A DNA stretch of 64,000 bases from Octopus sinensis (GCF_006345805.1 NC_042999.1:107136001-107200000), one strand, 5' to 3'. Shown: positions 49,048 through 62,200, counted from the first letter of the stretch. Notes: generated by a model from the sequence alone, not told the origin. Numbers and translations are program-made.

Positions 49048-49775
49048 AACACAATATCCTATAAAAAAAAAATGTATTTTAAAAAATCAAAAGCTATCAA
49101 TTAGATTATGGCTGGCAGATAACAGTTTATTCAAAGTAGCCATCTTTAGTTTCCACCAGTCTCAAGATGGCTCTGGGACCTGGCACAAGCATTTTTCACC
49201 ATGTCCCTGGAAAGGTCTTCAAACACCTCTTTGATCATTGCCCCCAGCTAGGCCTTGGTATAGCAGCAGAGTGGTTGGTGCCTTTATCAACTTCACCCTA
49301 CACACATTAACTTATGAGATTATAAACAGGTGAATTAGGAGGCCAGAAACTAGGGTTGATATAGTAGACATTCTTTGACAACTACTTTTAACTCTTTCTG
49401 GAGGTATTGCCAGGAAGGGAATCCTGGTACTAGTCATATTGTCTCCCCAGACAGTGTTTCCCTACAGTCTCCAGCAATTTCACATAGCCATCTGAAATGA
49501 GCCTAAGGCTCTGTTCAAACATGTGGAGTAACATTACATCACCCTTACAAGAGACACACACAAAGACCATCACAGTTTGGGGGAACTCAGCTTCAGTCAT
49601 GTCCATGTCATGTCTTACAGCCTTTACAATGTTCACAGAGCATTGAGCAGCAGTTATAATGCCAGCATTTTGATACCCAGCATGAATCATCATCATACAG
49701 GTAACTCTTTTCCAACAATCAGATAGCTTCCACTCTTCCATGTCAGTTAACCTTTACTCAACTAAAACTTTCATC

Positions 49776-50546
49776 CAGTTGTTCTCAACCATTATTTGCA
49801 TATGGACCCCTTTGGTTATTATTCCATTTTGGTGTACCCCCAAAGCCATTTGAAGCGTGAAAACCAGTTTTATGGATGCTCCTTTCAAGATTCCTATTTT
49901 GTTTTACCCACAACAACTTGTGCGAGTTGAACTATGTGTAACAGGATGAGAGATTCATGCACTGGATGGGTGCTGTTCACATCCTTTACATTAAATATTA
50001 AGTGAAGAAAGAGTTGAGATTTTCCATTAACTTCAACAGTATAAATATTTATTCTGTAATTCGCAATATAAACATTTCCTTCCTCTGGGTGAATCAGCAG
50101 CCTAGGAGCTTATCGTCAGTAGTCTAGTGAAATGAGTCAATCCTGCCTGTTCAAGCATAGCAGAATGTGCTACGAGGTAGCAGCTCGAGAGAGCTGCTAA
50201 AGACATGTCTGTATCGTTCAGCTGCTAGCATCCAAGAGGGTGATACAAGAGAATTTTGCTGCTGCTAGTTTTCTGCGAATGCGCATGAGGGAACTTCTGA
50301 CAGGTCTTCTGGAAGATTCCAACCCTGCGCATGCATGCTGGAGATTTCCAAGAAGGCGTCACTACATATGTAAAACATTAGAGAAAGAAACTTAGTTGTT
50401 TCTTGCATTATATACATATAAAAAAAAAATTTTTTAACCCTTGGAATACTACTGTGGATCCCCAATTTACTATTTTGCTTGTGTGGACCCAAAAATGTCT
50501 TATATAGACACCCAGGGATCATATGGACCCCAGTTATGAGCCATTG
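49776..50546. mobile_element. hAT-type MITE inserted in the transposon leader
   Basis: TIRs CAGTTGTTCTCAACC / AGTTATGAGCCATTG. 8-bp flanks CTTTCATC and CTTTAATT match 5/8. Internal GGACCCC motifs. Confidence 0.6.
49937..50366 (-). mobile_element. Solo LTR, probably Ty3/Gypsy
   Basis: TG...CA termini and a 4-bp TSD TATG (49933-49936 and 50367-50370). AATAAA on the minus strand at 50048-50053. Higher GC/CpG than the flanks. Removing it rejoins the MITE sequence. Confidence 0.8.
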
Positions 50547-51752
50547 CTTTAATTTCTATGCTCTCCAACACCATTGACTGTTCACAAATATATGAAGTTG
50601 TTCCTGAAAAAAGGAAACAAAAAAATTCTCAGATTATACACCCTGTATAATTACTATAAACCAATGAAAAACAATCCTCTACATTGAGATTTGTACTACT
50701 ATTTTAGAAATAGTACCAATTCCACATCTAGTAGACTTACTATTATCAAGTGTAATACCACCATAATCTGAACAAGATGGAGCTCCTTTAGCAGATCCCT
50801 TCTCTTGTAAGCAATCCAGTTAGATTTTTCTTTCTTCTCTTTCTTTTATAAAGTGTCACACACACTGCCTTTCCTCTTCTTACTATGCCATAAACAACAA
50901 CAAAATTAATAATGATCAAGATTGCATGATTAAAAAGCCTGCTTCAAAGACATTTGGTTTTCAATTCAGGCCCACTACAGAGCAAATTTCCTTTAGTGTA
51001 GCCCTGGTGGGCTCAACTATTGCCTTGTAAGTGAATGTGGTTATCATCATCAGCATCATAATTTGATATCTGTTTCCCAAGCTGGCATGGGTTAAGTAGT
51101 ATGACAGGAGCTGGCAAGTTAGAAAACTGCACCAAATGTGTGTGTGTGTGCTTGCGTGTGTGTGTATAAAATATGTATATAACAAAAGTGTATATATATG
51201 TGTGTGTGCTTTTCTGTTTGTTTTTCTTCTCCTTTGTCAATATTTAAACACAACTGGTCAACTGGTGTCACTTTCTTTATATTTTCTTAATTAAGTAGCA
51301 AAGCAAAATAAAACAAGAAATAAACCAACAAGAAAAAAAAAAGAGAGACCAATAAATTATGCACCAGACTTTAAAATAATTTCTGGGTCGATTTGATTGA
51401 CCAAAACCTTTTAAAGCAATGCTGCAGTACAGTTGCAGTCCCATAAGTAAAACTAGTAAAAGAGTATGAGAGTATACTAAAATGAGAATGGCACATTCAA
51501 TACTGTTGTCTTTGATACACCATGCCAGAAAAAAAAGGCAGCTGAATTGCTTTAAATCAAAGATCTGATCAATCAAGATTCATTTGGGTGTAAACACTAA
51601 CAACATATAGTTCTAATAACCACACTGAAAAGGTTACTAGCAACACAGCATGTAACAGGCATCAAAGGCCACTTGATGAAAAGTGTTCCAGCCTTGACCA
51701 TCCCATCTTATTTTCCAGATGTCCAGGATCCAATGCGTCTTTTCTCTTTTAA

Positions 51753-51972
51753 CTCTTTAGCCTTTAAACCAACCATATCCAGCCCAAATATTCTACCTAC
51801 TGTATGTTCAAACTGACCAGATCCAGCCTCTTACACCTACCCTGCAATGTCATTCTGAAAATAAACAATTACATCATTGAGACCTTGAAACTATGAGATA
51901 ATGCATGATCCATTCAAAATGCCATGAATAAATAAGCATTACATTTGACAGAATAATCTGAATGCTAAAGGG
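51753..51972. mobile_element. piggyBac-type MITE
   Basis: TTAA-CTCTTTAGCCTT...AATGCTAAAGGG-TTAA, homologous to 42436-42649. Confidence 0.85.
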
Positions 51973-52539
51973 TTAAGATAAAGTACAGTTTGGCTGTTGT
52001 TTCTAGCAAATCAAACATTTGTGTTGTGGTTGTCCCATTTGCTTTCAGCAGTGCTATAGTAAAGATGCTGTTGTTGTTGGTATTGTTATTGTCATTATTG
52101 CTGTTTCTGCTGCTACTGCTGCTGTTGCTACAGCTATTGCTGTTATTGTTCTTACTGTTGTTGTTGTTGCTGCTACTGTTGTTTAACATCATGTTTGTGC
52201 TGACTGAGCAGAACTACAATCAACAATCATATTATTACTGTAAGGTATAATGCATCTAGGACTACACTACTCAATGTGTTTCTTTTCTTCTTTATCTCTA
52301 AAACAGTAGCGAGCGCATAACACACCTAGGACTAAGTATCCCAATGTGTTTCTTTTCATTTTATATTTTTATGATTGTAGAGGTAGATTTGGTTTCTGCT
52401 TCTCGCAGACCAAGTGGCCACAAAGAAACTCTCCCATGGACTTGTCTAATTAGTTAATTATTTTAGAGGAAATAGGAGTGGAGGAAGTTTAATGTAGTCA
52501 CCAAAGTAAATTGGACAAATATAGCAACAGCTAAAATAA

Positions 52540-52771
52540 TCTATTATATAAAATCCATTCAGTCTGTCTGTATGTGTGTGTCTTCTAGGATCTTGAGCAT
52601 CCTCCATCCGATTGTGCTCAAATTTGATAAGTAGATACCGACGGTATCAGGGCGTGTATAAATCTTGAAAAAATTACAAAACACGGTTCCAGGTGAGAAT
52701 GTGATCGATAAAGCCGTGGGAACGTGCATTTGTACACACAAGTACATCAGCTGTTGCGGTGTACTTACTGG
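52540..52771 (+). mobile_element. Putative non-autonomous Helitron
   Basis: A|TC 5' end followed by TATTATATAAA and a GTCT microsatellite. 3' hairpin AAGTACATC / GGTGTACTT then CTGG|T. No TSD. Confidence 0.5.
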
Positions 52772-53159
52772 TACTTTAAACTCTTCGGTTGCATATCTGT
52801 GGGAATAAAATCGTTTTTCTTTGGAATAGAAAAAAGTCTGTCTTTATTTTTTCTTTTGCTGGTGTCTCAAATTTAGGTTAAACCAGTGATTCTCAATGGA
52901 GAGGCCTATGGGACGGTTGTTTTGAGAAAATTTGGTTTAAATGTTTGACAACTCAGCACCGTCTATTGGACAGGGGGCGTTTTGCTCATTATTACAATAA
53001 AATCCTCTGGATGAAGAATGCAAATGGAATTCAATAGGCTTACTGGTAATATTCTGTATAGACATATGCATGTGTGTTTATGTGCATACATGTGAATATG
53101 CACACATGTATGAATGTGTAATGCATATGTGTGTATGTATGCACATATTCTTTTATTGC

Positions 53160-54120
53160 TTTATTCTTTTATGTGTTTCAGCCATTTGACTGCAGCCATG
53201 CTGGAGCACCACCTTTAGTCAAACAAATGGACCTCAGGACTTATTCTTTGTAAGCTTAGTAGTCATTCTATCAGTCTCTTTTTCCAAACAGCTAAGTTAT
53301 GGAGTTGTCAGGCGATAGTGGGAGGACAAACAGAGATGCACAAACATATGCATATATATATATATATATATATTTATGTTGGGCTTCTTTCAGTTTCCAT
53401 CTACCAAATCCACTTACAAGGCTTTGGTTGGCATGAGGCTGTAGTAGAAGACACTTGCCCAAGGTACCACACAGTGGGACTGAACATGGAACCATGTGGT
53501 TAGTAAGCAATCTACTTACCACACACAGCCACTCCTGTAAATATATGTGCATGAATGAATACATATATGCATGAGTGTATGTATGTGTGTACATGTGAAT
53601 ACGTGTAAAAGCATGACTGTATGTATGTGTGTAAATATGTGTAAGTATATGCATGCATGTGAATGTGCATGTATGCATGTGTTTGTGAATGAAGGGGAAG
53701 ATATACATGTATGAATGCATGTGTCCATGAGTATATATATGTGTATATAGGTGCAGGAGTGGCTGTGAAGTAAGAAGCTTGCTTCCCAAGCACATAGTTC
53801 TGGGTTCAATCCCACTGTGTGGCACTTTGGGCAAGTGTCTTCTGTTATATCTTCAGGCCAAGCAAAGCCTTGTGAGTCGATTTGATAGACAGAAACTGAA
53901 AGAAGCCCATCATATATATACATGTGTGTGTTTGTGTGTCTGTGTTGTCCCCCAACCAATGTAGGTGTATTAACATCCCCATAATTTATTGGTTCAGCAA
54001 AAAACACCGGTAGAATAAGTACTAGACTTGCAAAGAATAAGTCCTGGGGTCCATTTCTTCAACTAGTGCTCCAGCATGGCCACAGCCAAATGACTGAAAC
54101 AAATATAAGAATAAACGAAT
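53160..54120. mobile_element. Two family A SINEs head-to-head (53160-53537 minus, 53750-54120 plus) around a TG/TA tract
   Basis: Full family A motifs in opposite orientations. Confidence 0.85.
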
Positions 54121-54880
54121 ACAAAGGAACATGCATGCATGTATGAATGCATATATACATGTGATTATGTATGTGCATACATGTGACTATGCTTCCATGT
54201 CTGCATGTATGAATGCTTATATTCATGTGTGTAGGTATGCACATACATGCCTAATGCATACATGCATACACAGCATGCATATTCAAATGGACGTGCATAT
54301 ATACAAGCCTGTATGCATGAACATGCATATGCATGTGTACATATGAAATGAAATCATGTACATATGTGCGTATGTGTACTTGCCTATGTGTATGTGTCTT
54401 GGAGGTCATCCACTGCTTCAGGAAGAATGAACTGAATGATACAACTCGTGAAAGAATAAAGAAGTTAACACTAGCATTAAGATGATAACAATAGTGAGAA
54501 ATGAGCTCGATTGGTTTTTTCCCCTAAGTTGAGCTGCTTATCTTTCCTGAAAAATGCAGGATATGAATACACTCACATACAGACACTCGTGTATGTGTGT
54601 GTGTGTGTGGTGTGTGTGTGTGTGTGTGTGTGCGTGTGTGTGCGCGTGCATGTGCGCTTGCATATAGGTGTGTGCGTGTGTTTGCTCAGATGTGTGTGTA
54701 ACATACACACACATATATATCTATGTGTATGTATATATATATATATATATTATATATATATATACACACACACATAAAAATGCAGAAAGATACACACTCA
54801 CATATTTTCCAGGTAATTACCTAGCAGCATACATATGTGTGTGTGTGTGCATGTGTGTATGTGCATGTGACTCTGTGTGT

Positions 54881-55082
54881 GTGTGTGTATATGTAATATA
54901 TATATATATATATTATATAATATATATATATATATATAAATATATATATACATATATATATATATACATATATATAAATATATATATACACATATATATT
55001 TATATATATATATATATATATATACATATATATAAATATATATATACACATATATATTTTATATATATATATAATACACATA

Positions 55083-55121
<39 letters not shown>

Positions 55122-55167
55122 TATATATTTATATATATATATATACACACATATATATTTATATATA

Positions 55168-55235
<68 letters not shown>
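54881..55235. repeat. Long interrupted (TA)n microsatellite
   Basis: Read directly from the sequence. Confidence 0.95.
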
Positions 55236-55241
<6 letters not shown>

Positions 55242-55529
55242 ATGTGTATGTATGTATATCAATGTAAAGAGATTAGCCATTATCTATACACATGGGTTGG
55301 AAGGACCACTCAGAATAGGGAATAAGATTAGCGCACCTAATATGAAATTTATATATTTCTTTACACCAGAATTTTCCATTATAGGCTTCCAGGTTTTAAC
55401 CAAAGAAACTGAATGTTCTCACCGCTCATACTTTATGGATCATGTGTTTATATTGAGTTACAAAGTGTAATAATATCATTGTTTGTTTCCTTGCATTGGC
55501 TCACTGTTCAGAGCAATATTGACCTACTA

Positions 55530-55710
55530 CTGATGATGATGATGATGATGATGGGGATGATGGTGATGGTGGTGATGATGATGATGATGATGGGGATGAA
55601 TGTGGTGATGATGGTGATGGTGATGGTGATGATGGTTATGATGGTGATGATGATGGTGATGATGGTGATGATGGTGGTGATGATGGTGATGATGATGATG
55701 ATAATGATGA
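55530..55710. repeat. Imperfect (GAT/GGT)n trinucleotide tract
   Basis: Read directly; explains the poly-M/V and poly-I/T ORFs. Confidence 0.9.
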
Positions 55711-56091
55711 CAACAACAAAAGCAATAAATATAATTTCACATTTTGGCACAAGGCTAGCAATTTCAAAGGAAGGAATAAGTCAATTACATTGACTCCAAT
55801 GTTCAACTGGTACTTGTTTTTATCAACCCTAAAACAGTGAAAGGTAAAGATGACCACGATAGAATTTGAACTCATACTGTAATAGCAGACAAAATGCTGC
55901 TAACCATTTTGCTTGGCTTGATAATGATTCTGCTGGTTTGTCACCATAACAATAATAACAATATTAAACCTTTCTACCACAGGCTCAAGGTCTGAAGTTT
56001 TGGGGAAAGAGGCTGATTGGTTACATCCACCTAGTACTCAAGCGGTACTTATTTCATTGAAAATAATAATATTAATGATGATAATAATAAT

Positions 56092-56438
56092 AAAGAGGGT
56101 AAAGACCCCCTTCGGTCAGGCACTGACCATGGGTTTGCACCTAGAGAGATACCCTCTGAGGCACAAGTCTGGGCAAGGTTGTTTTATGGAAGACCAGCAG
56201 TCGCCCATGCATACCGGCCTCCCCTCTCCACGTCACCGATGTTGTCCAAGGGAAAGGCAAGGGCCGATACAGCTTGGCACCTGTGACGTCGCAACTCATT
56301 TCTACAGCTGAGTGAACTGGAGCAACGTGAAATAAAGTGCCTTGCTCATGAACACAACACGCAGCCCGGTCCGGGATTCGAGCTCACAACCTCACGATCG
56401 TAAGCTCGACGCTCTAACCACTGAGCCATGCGCCTTCA
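56092..56438 (-). mobile_element. SINE family B immediately downstream of tRNA-Asp
   Basis: Reverse complement aligns end to end with 949-1293. Confidence 0.9.
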
Positions 56439-56449
56439 CTAAACCAAGC

Positions 56450-56521
56450 CTCCCCGGCGGGGAATCGAACCCCGGTCTCCCGCGTGACAGGCGGGGATAC
56501 TTACCACTATACTACCGAGGA
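56450..56521 (-). tRNA. tRNA-Asp(GTC)
   Basis: TCCTCGGTAGTATAGTGGTAAGTATCCCCGCCTGTCACGCGGGAGACCGGGGTTCGATTCCCCGCCGGGGAG. 72 nt, full cloverleaf, anticodon GTC (56486-56488), intact A and B boxes, paired G7-C66. Confidence 0.95.
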
Positions 56522-56525
56522 TGAC

Positions 56526-56558
<33 letters not shown>

Positions 56559-56576
56559 CATAATAATAATAATAAT

Positions 56577-56815
56577 GCATGTTAACTGGAACAGCTCATA
56601 AATTGTATTATCTGGAACGGCTCATGCACTGAGAAGAGCATTATCACTGTGAAAACAACATCCATTCATGAATTTATTTATTTATTAATTTTTTAAATAC
56701 ATATTTTACCTGTGAATTTGTGTGTAATCTGGAAATGCAAACAATGAGCTTCTCTGTCCTAGCTGTACAGAAAACACTTGGCGAGAAACAGAAGTAAATT
56801 TGAAGAAAGAAAGAA
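56577..56815 (+). mobile_element. Short 3' end of an R4/Dong-like REL LINE
   Basis: IVLSGTAHALRRALSL* resembles the LLGTAHILR C-terminus of this group. It is bounded by (TAA)n on both sides. Confidence 0.55.
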
Positions 56816-56833
56816 ATAATAATAATAATAATA

Positions 56834-57820
56834 GTAAGACTGCATGTGTATTGAATTCGAGAGCTTAATGCGATACCAAACTCAAAGTAAGGAAACCTTG
56901 CTAGTGACGGTTATGAACGAGGGAGTATTGAGAGCAGAAAAAAGGGGAAAACAAAGACAGTACAAAAAGGGCATAAAGAAAAATTACGCTAGAAGGGACA
57001 ACACAATCAATTCCATGTATCTACAACAGAAGTTGCTGGAAAAAATAGGTGGGATTGGCTGATGAAAGGAATCCTAAAAAAAGAGACAGAAAGCACTATA
57101 CTGGCAGTACAAACTGGAGGGTCAATCTTAAGAATGAGCGAGTGTTTCCACAATGTCGCATCTGCAATAGAGTTGATGAAACCATTGCCCATATCACAAA
57201 TGAATCCCTTAGACTTGCCCAAAACCATTACAAGTTGTGGCGATATGACCAGGTAACAAAAGTGCTACAATGGAAACTGTACAAAAAGTGCAGGCTAGAG
57301 AGAGGCAAGACATGGTATAAGCACAGACAACAGAGAGTGGTAGAGTCAGGGACTAACAAAATTCTCTGGAATTTCTGAATCGAAACATATTAGCTGCTAG
57401 ATCATAACAAACCAGACTTAGTGGTGGTGGACAAGGTGCACCATATATGCTTTATAGCTGTGTTGCATGTCACTTTGACCCACAAATAGTCAAGAAGGAA
57501 AATGAAAAGATAGACAGATACAACCCTCTTAAGTACGAAATAGCCTGGCTATGGAAAATAAAGAAGGTGAAGATAATGCCAATTATTGTTGGGTCCTTGG
57601 GAACAGAATCAGAAAGTATCAAGAGGAATATAAAGGAAACTGTAATAGAGTGCCCAGCAGAACTGTTACAAAAGGTTTGCCTCCTTGGCATGGCTAGAAT
57701 AAACAGGAAAATATTAGACAGCTGAAAAGAGTGAATAACATGGTACCGTAGGCTGCAGGTAGTAAGCCCATAATGCATGCAAGACTAGGAGTTCCAACAA
57801 AACCTGTGATAAAGAGAAAA
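56834..57820 (+). mobile_element. 5'-truncated R4/Dong-like REL LINE relic
   Basis: WLMKGILKKETESTILAVQ, CRICNRVDETIAHI, KILWNF, NKPDLVVVDK, EKIDRYNPLKYEIAWLW, PIIVGSLG, LQKVCLLGMAR. Frameshifted and flanked by TAA repeats. Confidence 0.85.
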
Positions 57821-57899
57821 TAATAATGATAATAATACTCCTTTCTACTAAAGGCACAAGGCTTGAAATTTAGGTGAGCGGGATCAAACCCAGTTGTTT

Positions 57900-59250
57900 G
57901 GTCCTTATCTCACTAAGCAGTTTCTTATTTTCCACAGCCCAGGTTATCACTTCACCATTAGACACTCTGCCCATGCTACCCTAAGTATTCCCCTTAAGAA
58001 CTAAGTACCTCTAAGCTCTCCAAGTACCTTCTCATTTCTGTTATAGCCCATGTTTCACTTCCATACATTAACACAGGGTAGACACAACAGTTTAGAATAT
58101 GGATCTTGGTCTTTATGCTCAGAGTATGGTTTCTCAAGATGTTGTACAACCTTAAGATGGCAGATTTTTCTAGCACACTCCATCCTTTGATCTCCTTCTC
58201 ACCTCTTGTGTCCTCTGTGATCAAAGTTCCAAGGTAGTTGAAGGATGATACCTGCTTAATAATTTGATTGATCCCTTCCAGCATGCACTTTGAGCTTCCT
58301 TTCTTTGTCACCACCATACACTCTGTCTTCTTGCACTTTATGACCCTTTCTTTCACTTTCTCTGACCACTACATCTATAAGTTTCTGGAGTTCCTTTTTT
58401 GGTTCTGCAAGTAAGACTGTGTCATCTACATATCTTATGTTTGTAATGTTTCTGCCTCCTACTCTAAGACTTTCTTCCTTCTCCAGTTCTTTTATGATCA
58501 ATTTGCTATAGTAATTGAAGAGATCTAGTGACATAACACATCTTTGTCTAACCCCTCTCCTGATGCTAGTGTATTCACTGCATTCTCCATCCAACTTTAT
58601 GCAAGTTGATTGGTTCCAATACAGGCTCTGCAAGATTTGGAAGTATTTCCCATGCAGATCAAGGTTACTGAGTTCTTCAAGTAACAAGTCATGTCTTATT
58701 TTGTCAAAGACCTTTGTGTAATCAATGAAATACATCACGCTGTCCTTTTGCATCTCCACTACCTACTTCATTATCTTCTCAATACAAAAGTATCATTCCT
58801 AGTACCAACGTCCTTTACAGAGCCAAACTTTTTGATTCCAATTTCAGGTGTTATTCTGCTTCTTGCTTGAAGGAGTAAAATTCTCAGAATGATCTTTGTA
58901 ATGTAACTCATGAGATCAATCATGCAATGTTGTCCACAATCCACTAATCCTGATTTCTTTAGGAATGCAATAAGGATGGATTTAATCAGATCTTCCGGAA
59001 ATCTTCCATCATCAAAGATCTTGTTTATTACATCTGTCAGTTTTCTAATTTCATATTCCTAAGTGCTTTTATCATCTCAACGACAATCCTGTCCAGCCCA
59101 GCAGCTTTGTTTTCCTTCATCATTTTGATGACTGCCTATACTTCAAATGGCAAGATTTTTGGACCCTCATTCAGGGAAACTAGGCAAGGCTGCTCTCACA
59201 TCATGAAAATAAATCTCCTACATACTCTGTCTATCTATTCAAAATGGTCC
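57900..59250 (-). mobile_element. Second, older RTE-like LINE relic
   Basis: ORF 58256..58759 has FIDYTKVFDKI, RGVRQRCVMSLDLFNYY and IRYVDDTVLLAE. ORF 57994..58356 has FNYLG and YGSETW. Truncated at 59250 by the duplicated block. Confidence 0.85.
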
Positions 59251-62200
59251 ACTAGCAATTTTCTATCCACTTATAATAATAATACTGATACTTAACATAC
59301 AATTGTTATAATCATAATCATTTTAAATCATCCCCAGTGCTTGATACAAAATATCTTTTTAACCATGAAAGGTTAAAGGCATGCCATAATTTATTTTGTT
59401 ATTGTTATGCAGCGATTCCTTTCTTATACATACTAATTACTGCTTATCCTTTTAGGCCAGTATCATTTCACTAAACTTTCATCATCTGTATCTTTAAATT
59501 AACCAAAGAGAAATTTAAGGTTAATATAGTTACTATGTAAAACCCTCCTCTAATTGTGGAGGACATTCCTAATCCCGTTTCTCTATTATCTATTTCGCCA
59601 TATTGTAAACATGGCTTCCTGTCTTTTTCAATTCCTCCTTTGCTTTCAGGGCCATCCCATGTTATTCCATTCCCCAGAATTCCTTACAAAATACTCTCCC
59701 TCCCTCTCATTTAAATTATGTTCTACTCAATTTCCAAAGTTTCTAGATGGTGTGTAATTTTTGTTGCAGAATATTTCCTACGAATTATATTCAACCTCGT
59801 TGCTCCTTCGAAGTGGGCCCACCCTCCCACCTCCTCCACGAATACCGGAAGTTTCTACCTCTGTCTTGACTCCTCCCCACGTATACATCCACTCGCACCC
59901 CTATGTCAGTTTTATTTGATCATATAGAGCAAAAACGGTGAAACGTATGCAGGTTGTAGTCTCACCCCTTCCACCAACACCGGAAGTTTCTACCTCTGTC
60001 TTACTTGACTATCCTCCCCCGCGTATACACCCCCCCAACCGCACCCCTATGTAGGGTTTTTTTTTTTATCATATAGCGCAAAAACTGTGAAGTGTATGCA
60101 GGTTGTAGTCTAGTGTTTCAGTATGAAATCTGCCAAATGCAAGCTTTCTTTTCAGGTACATGACATGGCTGTCCCTCATCCCAGGGTCTCAGAGGCCCAC
60201 ACCTCCCACACCCTCAGAGTTGGCACACTCAATGTTGGCACATTGAAAGGTAGGTCTGGAGAGATTGCTGAGCTGCTTGAATGGAGACGTGTGGATTTAT
60301 GCTTACAGGCAAGAAACACAGGTACAAGATTTTCTGGGCAGAGAACACTGACGGGGTCGGGGGCGTGGGTATACTTCTTGCGGAGAAATGGGTAGATAAG
60401 GTAATCGAGGTAGTCAGAGTAAGTGACAGAGTACTTAAGATTAGATTAGTGCTTCACCATAGGTCAGCTACCATCATCTCGGCATATGCCCCTCAACCAG
60501 GGCTACTGGAAAGACAGAAAGACCAATTCTACGACACCCTATTGCGGACTACCTCGTTGACAAATGACAGTGACCTTCTCTTTGTGGCAGGTGATTTCAA
60601 TGGACATGTTGGACGGCATGTCGGGGGCTTCCATGGCGTTCATGGAGGCTACGGTTTTGGCGCTCGAAATGAGGAGGGAACCAGGCTGCTGGAGTTCTGT
60701 GATGCAAATGACCTTATGGTTTGCAATACCAACTTCAGGAAACCCACCTCTCACCTAGTCACCTACCGTTCTGGCAGACACACTAGTCAGATTAACTACA
60801 TCCTCGCCAGAAAGAGGGAAAGAGGGCTGCTTATAAATGCCAAAACCTTTCCAGGCGAAGAATGTACTCCTCAACATAGGTTAGTAGTTAGCGACATCAG
60901 GATCAGAGCTAAATGGTTGCCCACAAGACCAGCTTGGAGGAGAAGGGTCTGGAAGCTTAAAGATCCTGCAAATGGACAGAGATTTAGAGACATACTACTC
61001 GAAGCCTTTGACGAAATAGAAGGGGATATAGCTTCACTTAATGTGGAAGACAACTGGAGATTTCTACGGGACAATCTGCTGACAGCCACTGACCAGATCT
61101 GTGGATGGAGCAAAGTCCCATCTCGACCCAGAGTAACGTGGTGGTGGAACAATGTGGTTGACAGGGCTATTAGACAAAAGAAACAGGCTTGGAGGGACTG
61201 GAAGAACGGTGGTAGCAGGGAATTGTATCAGACAGCCAGAAGGGAAGCTAGGAGACAGGTTTATTTAGCCAGAGGGGAAGCGGATAAGAAAAAATTTGCC
61301 AATGTTCTGCGCCGTGAGGATGAAAGACTTGAGGTATTTCGTGTTGCAAGACAGTGTGTGAGAGAGAATCGTGATGTGGTAGGAGAGAAATGTGTCCGCA
61401 TGTATGATGGTTCACTTGCACTAAATGAGGATGCAAAGAGAGAGGTTTGGAGATGCCACTATGAAAGGTTGCTGAATAAAGAAAATGAATGGAATGAAGA
61501 GAGTCTGCCAAATGTCAACCCAACAGAGGGACCAGCCATCCGAGTTGACAATTCTTTGATAGTTAAAGCAATTAGAAGCATAAAGACAGGGAAAGCCCCA
61601 GGCCCATCAGGAATTACTGCAGAGATGCTCAAAATATCTGGCAGTGTCGGCTATAACCTAGTCACCCGTATAGTTAACCAGGTGATACACGAAGGAGTCA
61701 TACCCAGTGACTGGTGTAGCAGCATACTAGTCAACTGCTACAAAGGTAAAGGAGATGCCCTAGATACAAATAATTACAGAAGTATCAAGCTGTTGGATCA
61801 GGTAATGAAGGTTACAGAGAGGGTCATAGCCCAACTGATTAGGGAGAGAGTCAACTTGGACGAGATGCAGTTTGTTTTCATGCCAGGGAAAAGCACCACT
61901 GATGCCATATTTCTGGTGAGACAGCTGCAGAAGAAATATCTAGCCAAAGATAAGCCCCTGTACCTGACTTTCATTGACATGGAGAAAGCCTTTGACAGGG
62001 TCCCCCGATCCCTTATCTGGTGGTCAATGAGGAAACTAGGGATAGATGAATGGCTGGTGAGGGCTGTGCAAGCCATGTACAGGGATGCCGTAAGTAAGGT
62101 TAGGGTTGGCAACATGTACACAGAAGAATTCAAAGTAGAGGTTGGGGTCCACCAGGTTTCAGTACTCAGCCCCCTCCTATTTATCATAGTCCTCCAGGCA

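Larger units (their letters stand above)
49129..50645 (-). mobile_element. Tc1/mariner-superfamily (maT-like) transposon relic, interrupted
   Basis: Minus strand gives MEEWKLSDCWKR..., FPQTVMVFVCVSCKGDVMLLHMFEQSLRL, QDSLP, FWPPNSPVYN and KDGYFE*. A 5' TIR-like CAGGGTGT with TA lies at 50638-50647. The other TIR may be TAGGGTGT at 48739. Confidence 0.75.

Noticed and set aside
55413-55793. Poly-Met/Val ORF and antisense poly-Ile/Thr ORF; poly-Gly ORF at 44764..44958; poly-Leu/Asn at 51965-52250
   Set aside because: They are trinucleotide repeat expansions without flanking coding signal.
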